Below, one piece after another: positions 51,312-64,000 of a DNA stretch of 64,000 nt (positions are counted from its first letter, which is position 1; the number at the start of each line of letters is the position of its first letter). The position numbers and the translations under genes were made by a program. The notes under the pieces are model-generated. The model saw only the letters and a list, made by a program, of their open reading frames with translations. It ran no database searches and was not told the origin of the DNA. Origin of the DNA: Hypanus sabinus (Eukaryota); the NCBI RefSeq assembly GCF_030144855.1, contig NC_082710.1, positions 48,794,001 through 48,858,000 of the forward strand, read 5' to 3'.

Positions 51312-52555
51312 GAAAAGCCACTGTTGGAGATTTTCTGGCTACAGGTGAATAGATGAGATAGAATGGGTAAAGGCAGTCCCACTGGAAAATGGTGGAGAAC
51401 TATGATAAGCTACTTTAGTGTTGCAACAGAAACAAATGCTTGATTGTTTTAGTTTAAAAATTGGCAGAAATTTGGTAGGTGACAATAAATTATAGCACAT
51501 TGGACATGAAATGGATGTTGGAGGTGAAGTGCTTGTAAGGATAGAGGGATTACATGCTGTTTAAATAAGTGGTTGGTGAATGTATATTTAAATGGGACCA
51601 AAGTACACTTGGTAGGATGGTGAGTTTTAAAAGGATGCTAACTGAGAATACTGAACTGTTTATTAGCATGGAGAATAATTGAGAATGTGTGTGGTCAACA
51701 TTTTGGTGGCAAACAGGTGTTTTTAAAATCCCATTAAGTGAAAATAATTCAATATTTTAGTCTTTATAAATTCATCTATATGAAAAGTTTATTCCTAATG
51801 TTTTTGAATCAATTATTTCAGAATGCATTTGGAAAAGGGGTAATTGAATTCAACAGGTTAAGTCTTGTACAAAGTGAAGATACACTCCATAATTAAGATA
51901 AAATTGGTTTGCCATTACTCTCTGTTAGTCTTACTTTAAATTTAATCGTTGAATTACAATGCATGTCCAAACATGAATTAAAATATTTATACACAAGTAC
52001 TAAAAAAATCATACCAAGTGCATTGCAATTTATTCTGTAGCCATGTATTTCCACTTGTGATATTCCAGACCTACTATTGTGAGCTTTAACCTCTTGATAA
52101 CAGTAAGAACTAGCATTCTGCATCACACTAATGTTGTCTGATTCACACTCTTCAGAACGTAAAGAACATCCAAACAGGGTAATATTGCCAAGCACTACTT
52201 ATCATATGTCTCCAACCAGTACTTATCACTTCTTTGGAATAAAGTGGTCAAGCATTATCACGTTAATAGAACTTAGCTTTCTGCTAATGATGGAGCATTT
52301 TGTAACCACGTATGAAATATATTATTGGCCCAGAATTTGAGGTAGCAGTGATTGGGAAACTGACAACTTAGATTGCTTGTTTACACACAAGTTAATGTGG
52401 GAATTCCAAATTTGCTGTCAGTCATTTAGTCCATCTCCAAAGGCTGCAAGACTAAAATCTCCAGTGTTGAAATTGACATGGAAATAAACAAGGCAATGTT
52501 AATTGTGATCTAAAAGGACAATACTTACAATGCTACCTTAACAGAAAGTCTAGAC

Positions 52556-52635
52556 CAGGGATTCCCAACCTGGGGTCCACAAAACCCTCAGTCAATGGTA
52601 GGGATCCATAGCATTCAAAAAGTTGGGAACCCCTT
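52556..52635. mobile_element. 80-bp hAT (Charlie-type) MITE with 8-bp TSD
   Basis: TIRs CAGGGATTCCCAAC / GTTGGGAACCCCTT; perfect TSD GTCTAGAC at 52548-52555 and 52636-52643. Confidence 0.9.
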
Positions 52636-53419
52636 GTCTAGACCCAGGTATAAGAAGCTGCTGGGGCCAAAAGAACTGGGATGGAAGAAGATTGTTAGGA
52701 ACATCTCAGGAGGTCAAGTAGGACAGTCTAAATAGCTTAAATAATTAAAGGATTTGTTTTAATGTTCTGTCCCAAGAGCTTAATTCCTTTTTCTATTTCA
52801 ATCAGGTCATCTCTTGTTCTTCCATACTTCATAGAGTATTAATTTATCCCTCATAGGATCATCCTCCTATCCAAGGAATTCCTCCACTATTTTTTTTGTT
52901 GCACCAGCACTAAGACAAGTATATCCAAACCCAGGGAAATCCATCCTACTTTAGATGTAAACAACAAAATTGCACACAATATTCAAAGTCCTGTACAATT
53001 TTACATGAACTGCAATATGCACAGTAGATCATTTGAAAATATTTACCGTTAATTTTAACTCAATTGAATTTCTAGAAATACTCTTATCTATTCATGTAGA
53101 AACAGATGTTTGAAGCCACACGTTCAGAAGAGATCCTGCCCATTGGCAATACATGTTAGGTACTCAGTGATGGCAATACAATTGAATATTGAAGCAGCTG
53201 GTTAGAGATAGCTACTTCCTGGCAGATTTGTAACATAATGTTATTTGCCATTTATTGGGCCATGCTGCTTGGTCTTTGTGCATGCAACCATGAACTGCTT
53301 CATTTATTGAGGTAATTTGAATGGTAAAAGGCATTCAGAACAGCCGAAATCCAAAAATCCACTATGTAATTATGCAGAAATCCTATGGTTCAATATTTGG
53401 AACACGGTAAGTTTTTCTG

Positions 53420-54965
53420 CACTCCCTCGAAACTTCCTTGCCAATTGCATTCCTGCTTCACCTTATCCATTCCCTTCCACCTACATTAGGGGCCTATTGG
53501 TCCCTCCACTATTTTGGCAACTTCCAATTCCCTGCCCACGACCGCCTGATCATCACCATTGATGTCCATTCTGTATATACCTCCATCATACATCAGGAAG
53601 GTCTTAGGGCCCTCAGCTTCTTTCTTGAACAAAGACTCAAACAATTTCCACACCTGCCAATATTCTTATTATTATCCAACTTTCAGACCTTGCTCTTATA
53701 TTTCTCTTGCTAACTCAGTTTGTCCTTGTCCATGTAGCAAGGTATAGTGAAATACTTTGCTTTACAAGTCATCCATGTAGACCATTTCAACACATCAGTG
53801 CATTAAGGTAGTACAAGGGAAAAGCAATAACAGAATTCAGAACATAATGCTATAATTATAGAGAAAGCGTAGCGTAGGCACACAGGGAGGTGCAAGGCCA
53901 TTGTAAGGTAGGTTGTGAGATCAAGGGTCCATCTTGTTGTAATGTAGTCTTATACCAATGGGACGGAACCTGTCCTTGAGCCTGCACTTCTATGCTATTG
54001 TACATTTTGCCTGATGAAAGGGAGGAAAAGAGAATGCCCAGGATGGGTGGGTCTTCCTCTTACCATCTACAAATCAAAGATATCACCATGGACACAAATG
54101 GACCCCAGCTGCACCTGTCTTTCCATTGGTTATGTGAAATTGTCCTTGTTCCAAACTTACAATGGCAGAAACTCCCCAATGTTCTCTCATCTTCATAAAT
54201 GATTACATAGGTGCTGCCTTTGGCTCCCGTGTGGAACTTGTCCATTGTATCACTTTCGTTACTAACTTCCACCACACCCTCAGGTTCACAGACGACTTCT
54301 GACATTTCTTTCCCCCTTTTCTGGATCTTTGTCTCCATCTCAGGAGACAAACTATTCACAAATATCTTTTATAAATCCACTGCATCCGGTAGCTTTATTG
54401 ACTACACCTCTTACTACCCTGTCACATGCAAGGATGTCATCCAGTTTTCTTCAACATCTCTGTTTCATCTGATCTTAATATGATGTGTTCCATTCCAGGG
54501 CTTCTGAAATATCTTCCTTTCTCTGGGCTTTCCTTCTTCCATAGTTCATAGTGTCCCCTCTCACACGTCATCCATTTTCTCAACAACTATTCTCATCTAC
54601 CCCACTCTCCCAGATAAAGTAGGGATATTTTCCTTGGTCTTCTCCTTTCACTCTAATAGTCTCTGAAACCAAAATATTGTTCTTCACCATTCCTGCCATC
54701 TGCAATAAATCCCATTACCAGTCACATCTCCCCTCTTCACTGCTCTTTGCAGGCAGTGCTCTCTCATGAACCCTGTTTTGCTCTTCTCTGTTTTCTGGCA
54801 CTTTCCCTGCATTTGTAAGAGATGCAAATTGTGTTCCTATACCATCTTCATTACCAGCATCCAGGGACATAAACAATGCTTCCAGGTGAGGCAAAGATTC
54901 ACATGTACCTTCTCCAAGCTCATCTATTGCTTTCGGTGCTCTCAATGTGGCCTCTTCTACATTAA
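53420..54965 (+). mobile_element. Decayed Penelope-like element (RT and linker/GIY-YIG start), interrupted by a Rex1 3' end (~53720-54050, minus)
   Basis: LIITIDVHSVYTSIIHQEGLRAL, YLQIKDITM, IFYKST and CKRCKLC...FQVRQRFTC...IYCFRCSQCGLFYI. Confidence 0.8.
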
Positions 54966-54969
54966 ACCA

Positions 54970-57340
54970 ATTTGGCAAGGGTGGGGAACTGCAGTGATAG
55001 GGCTGGGGTTGGGCAGGTGGAATACAAGTGGATGCAGTGTGCAGTGAGGCTGTGAGGAAGGATAGGCAGATGATCGGACAAAATTGTGAAGGGTGATAAA
55101 TACAGGACTGAAGATGTTAATTTGAATGCACACAGCATTTGGAATTAAGGTAGATTATCTTGTAGCTTAGTTAAAGATTGGCACGTATGATGTTGTGGGC
55201 CTCACTGAGTCTTGGCTGAAAAAGGTCATAGTTGGAAGCTTAACATACAAGGATACACATTGTATTGAAAGGATAGACAGGTAGGTGGAGGGGGTGGCAT
55301 GGCTCTTTTAGTAAAAAAAAATCCTTAGAAAGAGGAGAGAAAGGATTGGAAGATATAGAATCCTTGTGGGTTAAGAAACTGCAAGGCTAAAAATACCCCG
55401 GTGGGAGTTATATACAGGCCAAATAGTAGCCAGGATGTGGGATTCAAATTGCAATGGGAGATAAACAAAGCCTGTATAAAGGATAATGTTACAATAGTCA
55501 TGGGGGATTTAAATATGGAGGTAGATTGTGAAAATATAGTTGAAGGAAATAAAATTGAGAAAATAAGAGCAGGGATTTGTAGAATGCCTACAAGATGGTT
55601 TTTAGAGCAGCTTGTCCTTGAGCCCACACGAGAAAAAGGCAATTCTGGATTGGATGTTGCATAATGAACCAGATTTGATTAGGGAGCTTAAAGTAAAGGA
55701 ACCTTTAGGAGACTAAGATCATAATATGCTAGAATTCACCCTGCATCTTGAGAGGGAGTATATGAAGTCACATGTATCAGTATTACAGTGGAGACATGGG
55801 AATTACAAAAGCATAAGAGAGGAGCTGGCTAAAGTTGATTGAAAGGATGAGCAAGGATGATGGCAGAACAGCAATAGCTGGAGTTTCTGGGAGCAATTCA
55901 GAAGATGCAAGATAGATATATCCCAAAGATGAAGAAGCATTCTAAAGGGAGGATGATGCAACTATGGCTAGAAGGGAAGTAAAAGACAGCATAAAATCAA
56001 AGGAGAGGGCACTTATTATGGAAAAAATAATGGAAAGTTAGAAGATTGGGAAAGTCCTAAAAACCAACATGCAGCAACTAAAAACCAAAAGGAGAGGAAA
56101 GGTAAAACACAAAAGTAAGCTAGCAAAAACTATAAGAGGGTAACAAAAGTTTTTTCACAGATATATGGAGTAAAAGAGAGTGGAGAGTGTACATCGGACC
56201 AATGAAAAATGATGCTGGAGAGGTAGTAATGGGGGAACAAATAAACGATGAACTTAAGTATTTTGCATTAGTCATCATTAGTAGTATGCCAGAAATTTGA
56301 GAATGTCAGGGACATGAATGAATGCAGTTTTTTTAATAAAAGAGAAGGTGCTTGAGAAGCTGAACGGTCTAAAGGTAGATAAGTCACCTGGACAGTTTCT
56401 GAAAGAGGTAGCTGAAGAGATTGTGGAGGTATTAGTTGTATTTATTCAAGAATCACTAGATTCTGGAATGATTCCAGATGCCTGGAAAATTGTGAATGCT
56501 ATTCTACTCTCTAAGAAGGAAGGGAGGCAGAAGAAAGGAAATTATAGGTGAGTTAGCCTGACTTCAGTGGTTCGGAAGATGCTGGAGTCCATTATTAAGG
56601 ATGAAGTATCAGGATACTTTGAGATGTATGATAAAAACAGGCCAACATCAGCATGGTTTCCTTCAGAGGAAATCTGGCCTGACAAATGTGTTGGAATTCT
56701 TTGAGGAAATTACAGGCAGGATAGACAAAGTCTGTTTACCTGGCTTTTCAGAAGGCCTTTGCCAAAGTGCAACACATAAGGCTACTTAGCAATATAAGGG
56801 GCCATGGTATGACAGGAAAGATAAAAAGATAGCATGGATAGAAGATGGGTTGACTGGTAGGAGACAAAGAGTTGGAATAAAGGAGGCCCTTTCAAGGCTG
56901 GCTGGTGGAGACCAGTGACAGACGGGGTATTGTAAGCAGCTTTGGGCAGCTTTGGACACATCTCAGAAAAGGTGTGTCACCATTAGAGGGGGTCCAGAGG
57001 AGGCTCACGAGATTGATTTCAGGAATGAAAGGGTTAACAAATTTGATGGCTCTGGGCCTGTACTCACTGGTACTTAAAAGAATGGGGGGGTGTAGGATCT
57101 CAATGAAACCTATCAAATATTGAAAGGTCAAGATAGAGTAGATAGCGTGAGGGAGTTTAGGACCATGAGGAGGAACTTCAGGAATCTGTGGAATTTATTG
57201 CCACAAACAGCTGTGAAAGTGAAGTCATTGGGTATGTTTAAAGTGGAGGTTGATGGGTTCTTGATTAGACAGGGCATCAAAGGGCACAGGGAGAAGGCAG
57301 GAGAACCGGGTTGAGAGAGATAAGAATCAGCTATATTACC
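54970..57340 (+). mobile_element. CR1 ORF2, endonuclease to 3' UTR, with deletions
   Basis: GVIYRPNS...MGDLN, LKVDKSPG...DAWKIVN...GNYR, QHGF and VQRRLTRLISGMKG. Confidence 0.9.
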
Positions 57341-58779
57341 ATGCAGCCAAGTAAGTCAGATATAATTGGTGCGTGATAGGAGTTATGAATTAATAGAAGA
57401 CTCTTGGAGGTATGTGGCAATTGGAGATAATGTTCCTTTCCCTAGCATCATTACCATAGTAACCAAGGCCTTGAATGAATGAAGAGATACCTCAGGCATG
57501 AGCCCACCAGATCTTGACTAAAGGCAGGGTCGAGAAGACATGTGAAGGTTTGTTATTTTGAAATTATTTTTAATGCACTTGTTGAACACTGCTAACTCTC
57601 TCAAGGTGACAGCAGCAGCAGTTGATCCCTTGCCTTCTCATCCTGTATTGGTCAAGGTGTGATAGTTCAATATCTGTGTATCAGTGGAGATGCTTTACTT
57701 TAGCTCTAAATGTACATACGAGTGTTTACAATCAGAGAGAGGGAGTTATCACCAATAAGTGAAATGAGCCTCATTTTCCCTTGTAAAGGTGAAAGATCAT
57801 TTGAGTGCCTGAAATGAGAATAAACTTGTGTGAGTGACTTGCTTGCTCCACAATAATCTATGGCCCCCAAAATTCCTGTTTCGATATCAGTATCTATTAT
57901 GCAAAAAGTCTTAAACTCCAGAAAAGGTAAACAATATTTATTCCCAATTACAGAGATAAAATAACAATTTAAAATCAATGCAAGAATACATAACATTCAC
58001 AATTCTATAGCAGATGTGCAGAAGATTTATAATGTATTAAACCAGTCATTGAAAGATTTACAAAGATGGATATATAGTTTACTTAGTTCACACATTTAAT
58101 GAATAAGCGCTTACCCCTGCAATTGACAACTGAATTTGAAGAGACTTTTGTCCTTAACGTTCTGATAACATTAGAAAAACATTTTAACCATTTATACTTC
58201 TCAATATTTAATGGATGCTAGGCAAATCACATCTTCAACACAAAACTGTAGAACTCTAATGCACTACCTAATTGGAAAGCCAATGGTTCAGAATCTGGCT
58301 AGCAGAATCTGGTTTCCCCCTACTTGCTTCAAACCTACCAGTATCCCGTTCCCACACACCGCATAAACTCATTGAGGACAATCTCCCACATTCACTTAAA
58401 CTTACTGTGGTTCTATTTCCTGCTCTCCCTACCTGGACCCCATCCCAATACTCAAACTCACTGTGAGCTCAATCCAGAACTCTTTTAAACTCGCCAGGAC
58501 ACAATTCCTTTTTTTCCCTTTTAAATTCACAAGGGCTTCATTTCTTGGATTCCTGGTTCACTGAAAAGTAAATTATACTACTGTTTAAAATCTAGGACAA
58601 AGTGAATTAAAAGTGGCTTGGAGCAAAAAAAAAGTTAAATCCAATGGTCCAGAAATTTGTAAAGTTTGGCACCACACACATCCTGAGGTCCTTAGGTTAT
58701 AGGAGCTTTACTGTATTAAGTATGCACACAATTAATGGCATGCCTCTGATATGTGTTGTACTTTTGTAGGGTGTATTTG

Positions 58780-58945
58780 AATTGGAAATTGATGGGTTCT
58801 CGATTAGTAAGGGAGTCAAAGAAAATAGAGAGAAAGCAGGAGAACGGGGTTGAGAGGGACAATAAATCTAACATGATTGAATGGCAGTACAGAACTAACG
58901 GCCAAATGGCCTCATTCTGCTCCTACGTATTATGGTTTTATGGTC
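58780..58945 (+). mobile_element. CR1 3' UTR
   Basis: ATGATTGAATGGCAG...GGCCAAATGGCCTCATTCTGCTCCTACGTATTATGG. Confidence 0.75.
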
Positions 58946-59429
58946 TTGTATATGATTCATACAGAAACATCAATGACAAACCATTATAGTATAAGCAAAC
59001 AGGAAGAAAATATCGATGTGGGATGTTTTGTTTTTAAATTGAAGCTAACCAAGGCCTTCAACACAAATTATGAAAAATACTTTTTGAGTTGATGATACTG
59101 TTATAACTTGTAGCAAACCTATGGTGTTTCTTAATTCCCCACATCCTGATTTGTATTTGAAGTGTTCAGTAATGTTATGAAAAAATACTTTGCTCAGACA
59201 ATACTTTCCAAAAAATATATTTTGAAGGCAAGTCATTGGAGGCATAAACTAGTGTATCTTAAGCATTTCTCACAGAAAAGGTAACACATGTATATATCAT
59301 TACTAGGAAAAACAGTGAAAGCTGTTAAAACCCACTATCTCACTCCACAACTTCTCACCCTTGCAAACAGTCACTAATATTACAGGAATTTTTAAAATTA
59401 TTTTGTGAATACGCTCATTTGGGCAAGTT

Positions 59430-60262
59430 TTGTAAAAATCTGGAAGAGGGCACCAAGTGTAGTGTATCTAAGTCTGCTGATGGTACTAAACTGAGTGGAA
59501 AAGCAAATTGTGCAGAAGATACGGAGAGTCTGCAGAGAGATATAGAATGGGCAAGGGTCTGGCAGATGGAGTACAATGTCGGTAAATATGGGGTTATCCA
59601 CTTTGGAAGGAAAAATGAAACAGCAGATTATTATTTAAATGGTAAAAGATTGCAGCATGCTGCTGTGTAGAGGGACTTGGGAGTGCTTGTGCATGAATCA
59701 CAAAAGGTTGCTTTGCAGATACAGCAGGTTATCAAGAAGGCAAATGGAATGTTGATCTCCATTGCTAGAGAGATTGAATTTAAGAGCTTGGAGGTTATGT
59801 TGCAACTGTGCAGAGTACTGGTGAGGCCGCACCTGGAGTACTGTACTCACTGAAATTCAGAAGAATGAGAGGAGATCTTATAGAAACATATCTATCCCTT
59901 TCTTAATTTTATAAGATAGAGGCAGGAAAGTTGTTTCCACTGGTAGATGAGACTAGAACTAGGGGACATAGCCTCAAGATTCGGGGAAGTAGATTTAGGA
60001 CGGAGATGAGGAGGAACTGCTTTTCCCAGAGAGTGGTGAATCAATGGAATTCTCTACCCAATGAAGCAGTGGAGGCTACCTCAGTAAATATATTTAAGAC
60101 ATGGTTGGATAAATTTTTGCATAGTAGAGGAATTAAGGGTTATGGGGAAAAGGCAGGTAGTTGGAGATCAGCCCATGGTCAGATCAGCCATGATCTTATT
60201 GAATGGCAGAGCAGGCTCAATGGGCCAGATGGCCTGCTGCTGCTCCTATTTCTTAAGTTCTT
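59430..60262 (+). mobile_element. CR1 RT C-terminus and 3' UTR
   Basis: KSADGTKL...WQMEYNVGK, RPHLEYC and TRTRGHSLK...FSQRVVNQWNSLP. Confidence 0.9.
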
Positions 60263-60349
60263 GCATAAAATGCACTTCTACAAAGGTTGAACTAGTTCAT
60301 TGAAAGAACCAATTTAGCTTTCTTTCAGTCTGCTCCAATTCCATACTTC

Positions 60350-60625
60350 TTGGCAAATCCAGAGACTTTTCCCCCAGGGTGGAAATGATTAATACAAGGG
60401 GTATAATTGTAAGGTGATTGGTGGGAAGTACAGGAGGGAGGGATGTCAGAGGTAAGTTCCTTACACAGAGAGTGGTGGGTGGGTGGAACATAGGCAGATG
60501 GGTGATGGAAAAATGGAGGGTTATGTAGAAGGGAAGGGTTAGATTGAACTTAGAGTAGGGTTAAAATATCAGCACAACATTGTGGGGCAAAGGGCCTGTA
60601 CTGTGCTGTAATGTTCTGTGTTCAT
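60350..60625 (+). mobile_element. CR1 3' end
   Basis: 3' UTR GCACAACATTGTGGGGCAAAGGGCCTGTACTGTGCTGTAATGTTCTG. Confidence 0.8.
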
Positions 60626-62204
60626 ATCCATAGCTTTAAACAGCTCCTTAAATCTAGCAATCTAACCTATTTATAAAAGAACATCTAACAACAGTAACGG
60701 AGCATTAAGTGCTCATGTGTCAAAATGTGTACTAATCACACCTCATGAAATTAGTTTGAAGATAACCCATTGTCAGTGGTAAACTGCATTTGATGGGAAA
60801 TAATAGCCACAAAATTGTATTAACAAGTAACAAATTCACATTTTCATTTTAAAAGAGGATTCTTGATAGATGGTGCGATATCATGACTGATTTAAATGGA
60901 GTAAATAGAGAGAAGCTGCTCCCGCTAAAGGATTATTCAAAGACCGGGGAACACAGATTCTAACTGACAGGCAAAGGCCAGCAGGAGATGTGAGGTAAAA
61001 TTTTGCAGTTCAGAGTGGATATAGCCTGGAACTCATTCTCTGGAATGAAGGTGGAAACTGAGTCAACTAACATTTTCAATAATGAACTGAATAGATACTC
61101 TAGTCCTCTATGCAGAGGTCCTTACCAAGGACTTTTCAGCAAATGAATTCCTTACTCACTAGTAAAATGCTTTTGCTTGTGGTGGAGAGATAGTAGTGGT
61201 TTCAATTTTACAGCTGATCTTGTGATACCTGTCCTTTTCTCTGTGGCTGTCTTCATTGAGAGCTGAGCCCAACATGAATCATGACTCATCGGGGGGGGGG
61301 GGGGGGGATCTCTACTCTGTCCCCAAGTGATTCTAAATTCCAAGGGGAATGGCTACAAATGGCATTCAAGCCTGGAGATAACTGGGTTGTGAAGAAGCCT
61401 TGAAATCAAGACAGATCTTTAACATCTGCCTCATCACTCCCTATAGCCTTTAGCAACTTGCACAACCGTGGCGACGGCCCACATAGATCAGTCAACAACT
61501 CAACCATACATAGCTATGTAAGCTTGAGAGTTTTACCTGGAGCATTGAACTCCCAAGTGGTAGTGTTAGCATTTAATAAGTGTGGCCCACTAATCTGCAT
61601 CAGCATCTAATCCATGATGCATGTCAGCACTGCCTACAGTAAGACTTTAATGCTTGTGCTCTGTCCCATCCACCCAAGTTCATCTGTACTTTAGCTGCCG
61701 TTACTGGAACAGATCAGCACTCAATCCCCATAAAAAGTATGTTAAAAAACATTGCAGGCACCACACTTTGCTGACAATATGCAGCTTCTATCTATTTCTG
61801 ACTGGCAGTCCACTTCAGACTTCAGAATTATTTATCCTTCGCAATGGTCAGACCCGAGATGTTGATTGTCCTCCCCTGCTGAATTCCCCCAGTGTGTTGT
61901 TTTTTTCCGCTCCCGAATCCAAAACTTGCAAACCTTGTGTCTCCACAATATTTGATGTTCCCAGACCTGTAGGCCATTCATATGCTCTATTTCAATTGGC
62001 TGACAGATATGAACATGAATTAATGGTTTGCTCAATCTTAATTGTTTGTTACTGAAATGCTGAGATGATGGGTAGAATATGAGAATCTGAAACACCTGCA
62101 TGCCAGAAGGCTTTTTAAGCTTGCTGCATATTTTAATAAGATCATGGATGATCTTTGAAAGCAATCCCATCTTCCCATGCCATCTCAGTATCCCTTAAGG
62201 TTAT

Positions 62205-63258
62205 TGTTGTATATTTAATATTTCAGCAATATTTGAGTAATATTGTTAATATATCATTAGATTAAACATTCTTTGTTGTTGACATAATTACAGGTTATAT
62301 GTAAGAAGTGCATGAATGACATATGGCATTATGCCACCATATCCTACATACATGGCTCACTAAAGTATAACAAGAACACAGCTTATCCCAGGCTCCTGTG
62401 TTTTTCTTTCGATTAGTTTTTGGAGTTACAAAACATAACAGTGGCAATGAGTACGTTTTAAAATGAACCTGAGATGATTACTTTCCTGTTGAAGTGCAGC
62501 ATGTTCTTTTCTCCCCTTTGCGGAGGGGGAAAGGGAAGCTTGCCAGTGATGTCTCGCCTTATGATATAGTGCCATCATGTCACATGTTATGAGTGATGGA
62601 AGTGAATGCCCCATAGCCTTTTGCATCATGGTTCTTTTCCACTGCAGAGAAAAATCTTGCACAGATTGAGAGTGAGGCCTTGAGTCTGGTTTGGGGTGTA
62701 AGGCATTTCAACCAATACTTTTATGGGAGGGAGTTTGCCATCATTACTGATCATCAATCACTCGTGTTCATTTTCAATCCACTAACAGCATTGGTTGTTT
62801 CTTGGAGGACACAGTTGCAAGATCAAGTTCAAGAGGATGAGTAAGCTTGGAAATGCTGTTGGATTGTCCTGTTTACCCTTGGAAAAGGAAATACCTGAAA
62901 AATTTTCAAAAAAAAGGACACTCCTCTTAACATACTCTCTAAACACAAATCAAAAATCTCCCTGTTATAGCCAAGATGATCCAAAACAAAACTAGAGAAG
63001 ACCCCAACACTGTCTCAGGTCTACATTACCACCCAGAATGGCTGGAATGTGCAGCAGTCCCATTTTTATCAGCGCCAAGATGAACTTGTCCTTGATAAAG
63101 GTTGCCTTATGTGGAAATTGAGAGTTATTGTACTGTACTATCCAAGGTAAGAGTTAAAATTTTGGAGGGACTAAATGCTGGACATCTATACGTAGTCAAA
63201 AGGGAAGCATTGATTCGGTGCTTTGTCTGGTGGTATGGAATAGATCCGCAGATCGAGT
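62205..63258 (+). mobile_element. Gypsy LTR element: 5' LTR (62205-62440), PBS remnant, RNase H and integrase zinc-binding fragments
   Basis: TGTTGT...ATAACA LTR followed by TGGCAATGAG. LASDVSPY...PIAF...QIESEALSLVWGVRHFNQYFYGREFAIITDHQ and ILEGLNAGHLYVVKREALIRCFVWW. Same family as 2790-6620. Confidence 0.88.
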
Positions 63259-63259
63259 T

Positions 63260-63650
63260 CAGGGATAAAATGTGTGCCTGGGGGTCATTAATGAAAACTT
63301 TGCTTCTTTGTTCACCAAGGAGAAAGACTTGGATGAGTGTGAGATCGGCATGAACAGGCTAATATGCTGGGGCATGTTGAGTTGAAGAAAGAGGCAGTAT
63401 TGGAACTTTAGAAGAACATTAGGATAGCCAAGTACCTCGGGCCAGATGGAGTATACCCCATGCTACTATGGGAAGTGAAGGAAGAGATTGCTGGAGCATT
63501 GCAAAAAATTATTGTTAATTTCCCAGCCGCAGCATAGTTATAAAATGGAAAATGTTGTTCTGTTGTTTGAGAAAGGTAATCAGGATAATCCTGGGAACCT
63601 TAGATCAGTGGGTCTTATGTCAATGGTGGACAAACTAATGTAGAGCATCT
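63260..63650 (+). mobile_element. CR1 ORF2 internal fragment
   Basis: NENFASLFTKEK, GPDGVYPMLLWEVKEEIAGAL and LFEKGNQDNPGN. Confidence 0.8.
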
Positions 63651-63719
63651 AAGAGCATTTTTGTTCTTTATATTCTTTCTTTATTTAGAGATCCAGCATA
63701 GTAAAAAGCTCTTCTGTCC

Positions 63720-63910
63720 TAATGACCTTGTGCCACCCAATTACAAACTTGTGACTGATTACCCTGCATCTTTGCAATGTGGGAGGAAACCGGAGCATCC
63801 GGAGGAAACCCACACTGTCACAGGAAGAACGTACAAACAGACAGTGGGAGAAATGAACTCAGTTCACTGGCACTATAATAGCATACACTAATTGCTACAC
63901 TACCATGCCA
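63720..63910 (-). mobile_element. V-SINE/HE1-like SINE
   Basis: TGTGGGAGGAAACCGGAGCATCCGGAGGAAACCCAC...GAACGTACAAAC is the V-SINE core in reverse. Confidence 0.8.
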
Positions 63911-64000
63911 TTCATTAGAGAAGCATAGTCAATATTAGAGACAGTCAGAATGGCAAGTTGTGACTCACAAATCCGATTGAGTTTCTAGCACAGGAAAATA

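Overview
Eukaryotic, AT-rich, repeat-dense vertebrate DNA. The repeat repertoire (CR1, Rex1/Babar, HE1/V-SINE-like SINEs, Neptune-like Penelope elements) suggests a cartilaginous fish, probably a ray; this is inference. Almost every ORF in the track is a decayed transposon fragment or noise. The main host feature is a CpG island (~49.65-50.3 kb) holding a minus-strand promoter and first exon. That exon has a TATA-like CATAAAT, uORFs, a 31-codon signal-peptide-like ORF and a strong CAG|GTAAGA donor. A candidate downstream exon lies at 33827-33948; I cannot name the gene. The rest is nested transposon debris: R4/Dong, Gypsy, BEL/Pao, CR1, Rex1, Penelope, Tc1, Tigger/pogo and a hAT MITE. The most interesting hidden structures are (i) a minimal type I hammerhead ribozyme in a Penelope terminal repeat (38288-38325), with decayed copies elsewhere, (ii) a 59-bp fold-back Penelope-derived insert with a 13-bp TSD, (iii) an ORF-less ~500-bp retroposon family present twice, and (iv) a flip in LINE orientation across the CpG island. 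No CRISPR, rRNA or tRNA genes are present. There are two assembly gaps (18111-18242, 34208-34497).
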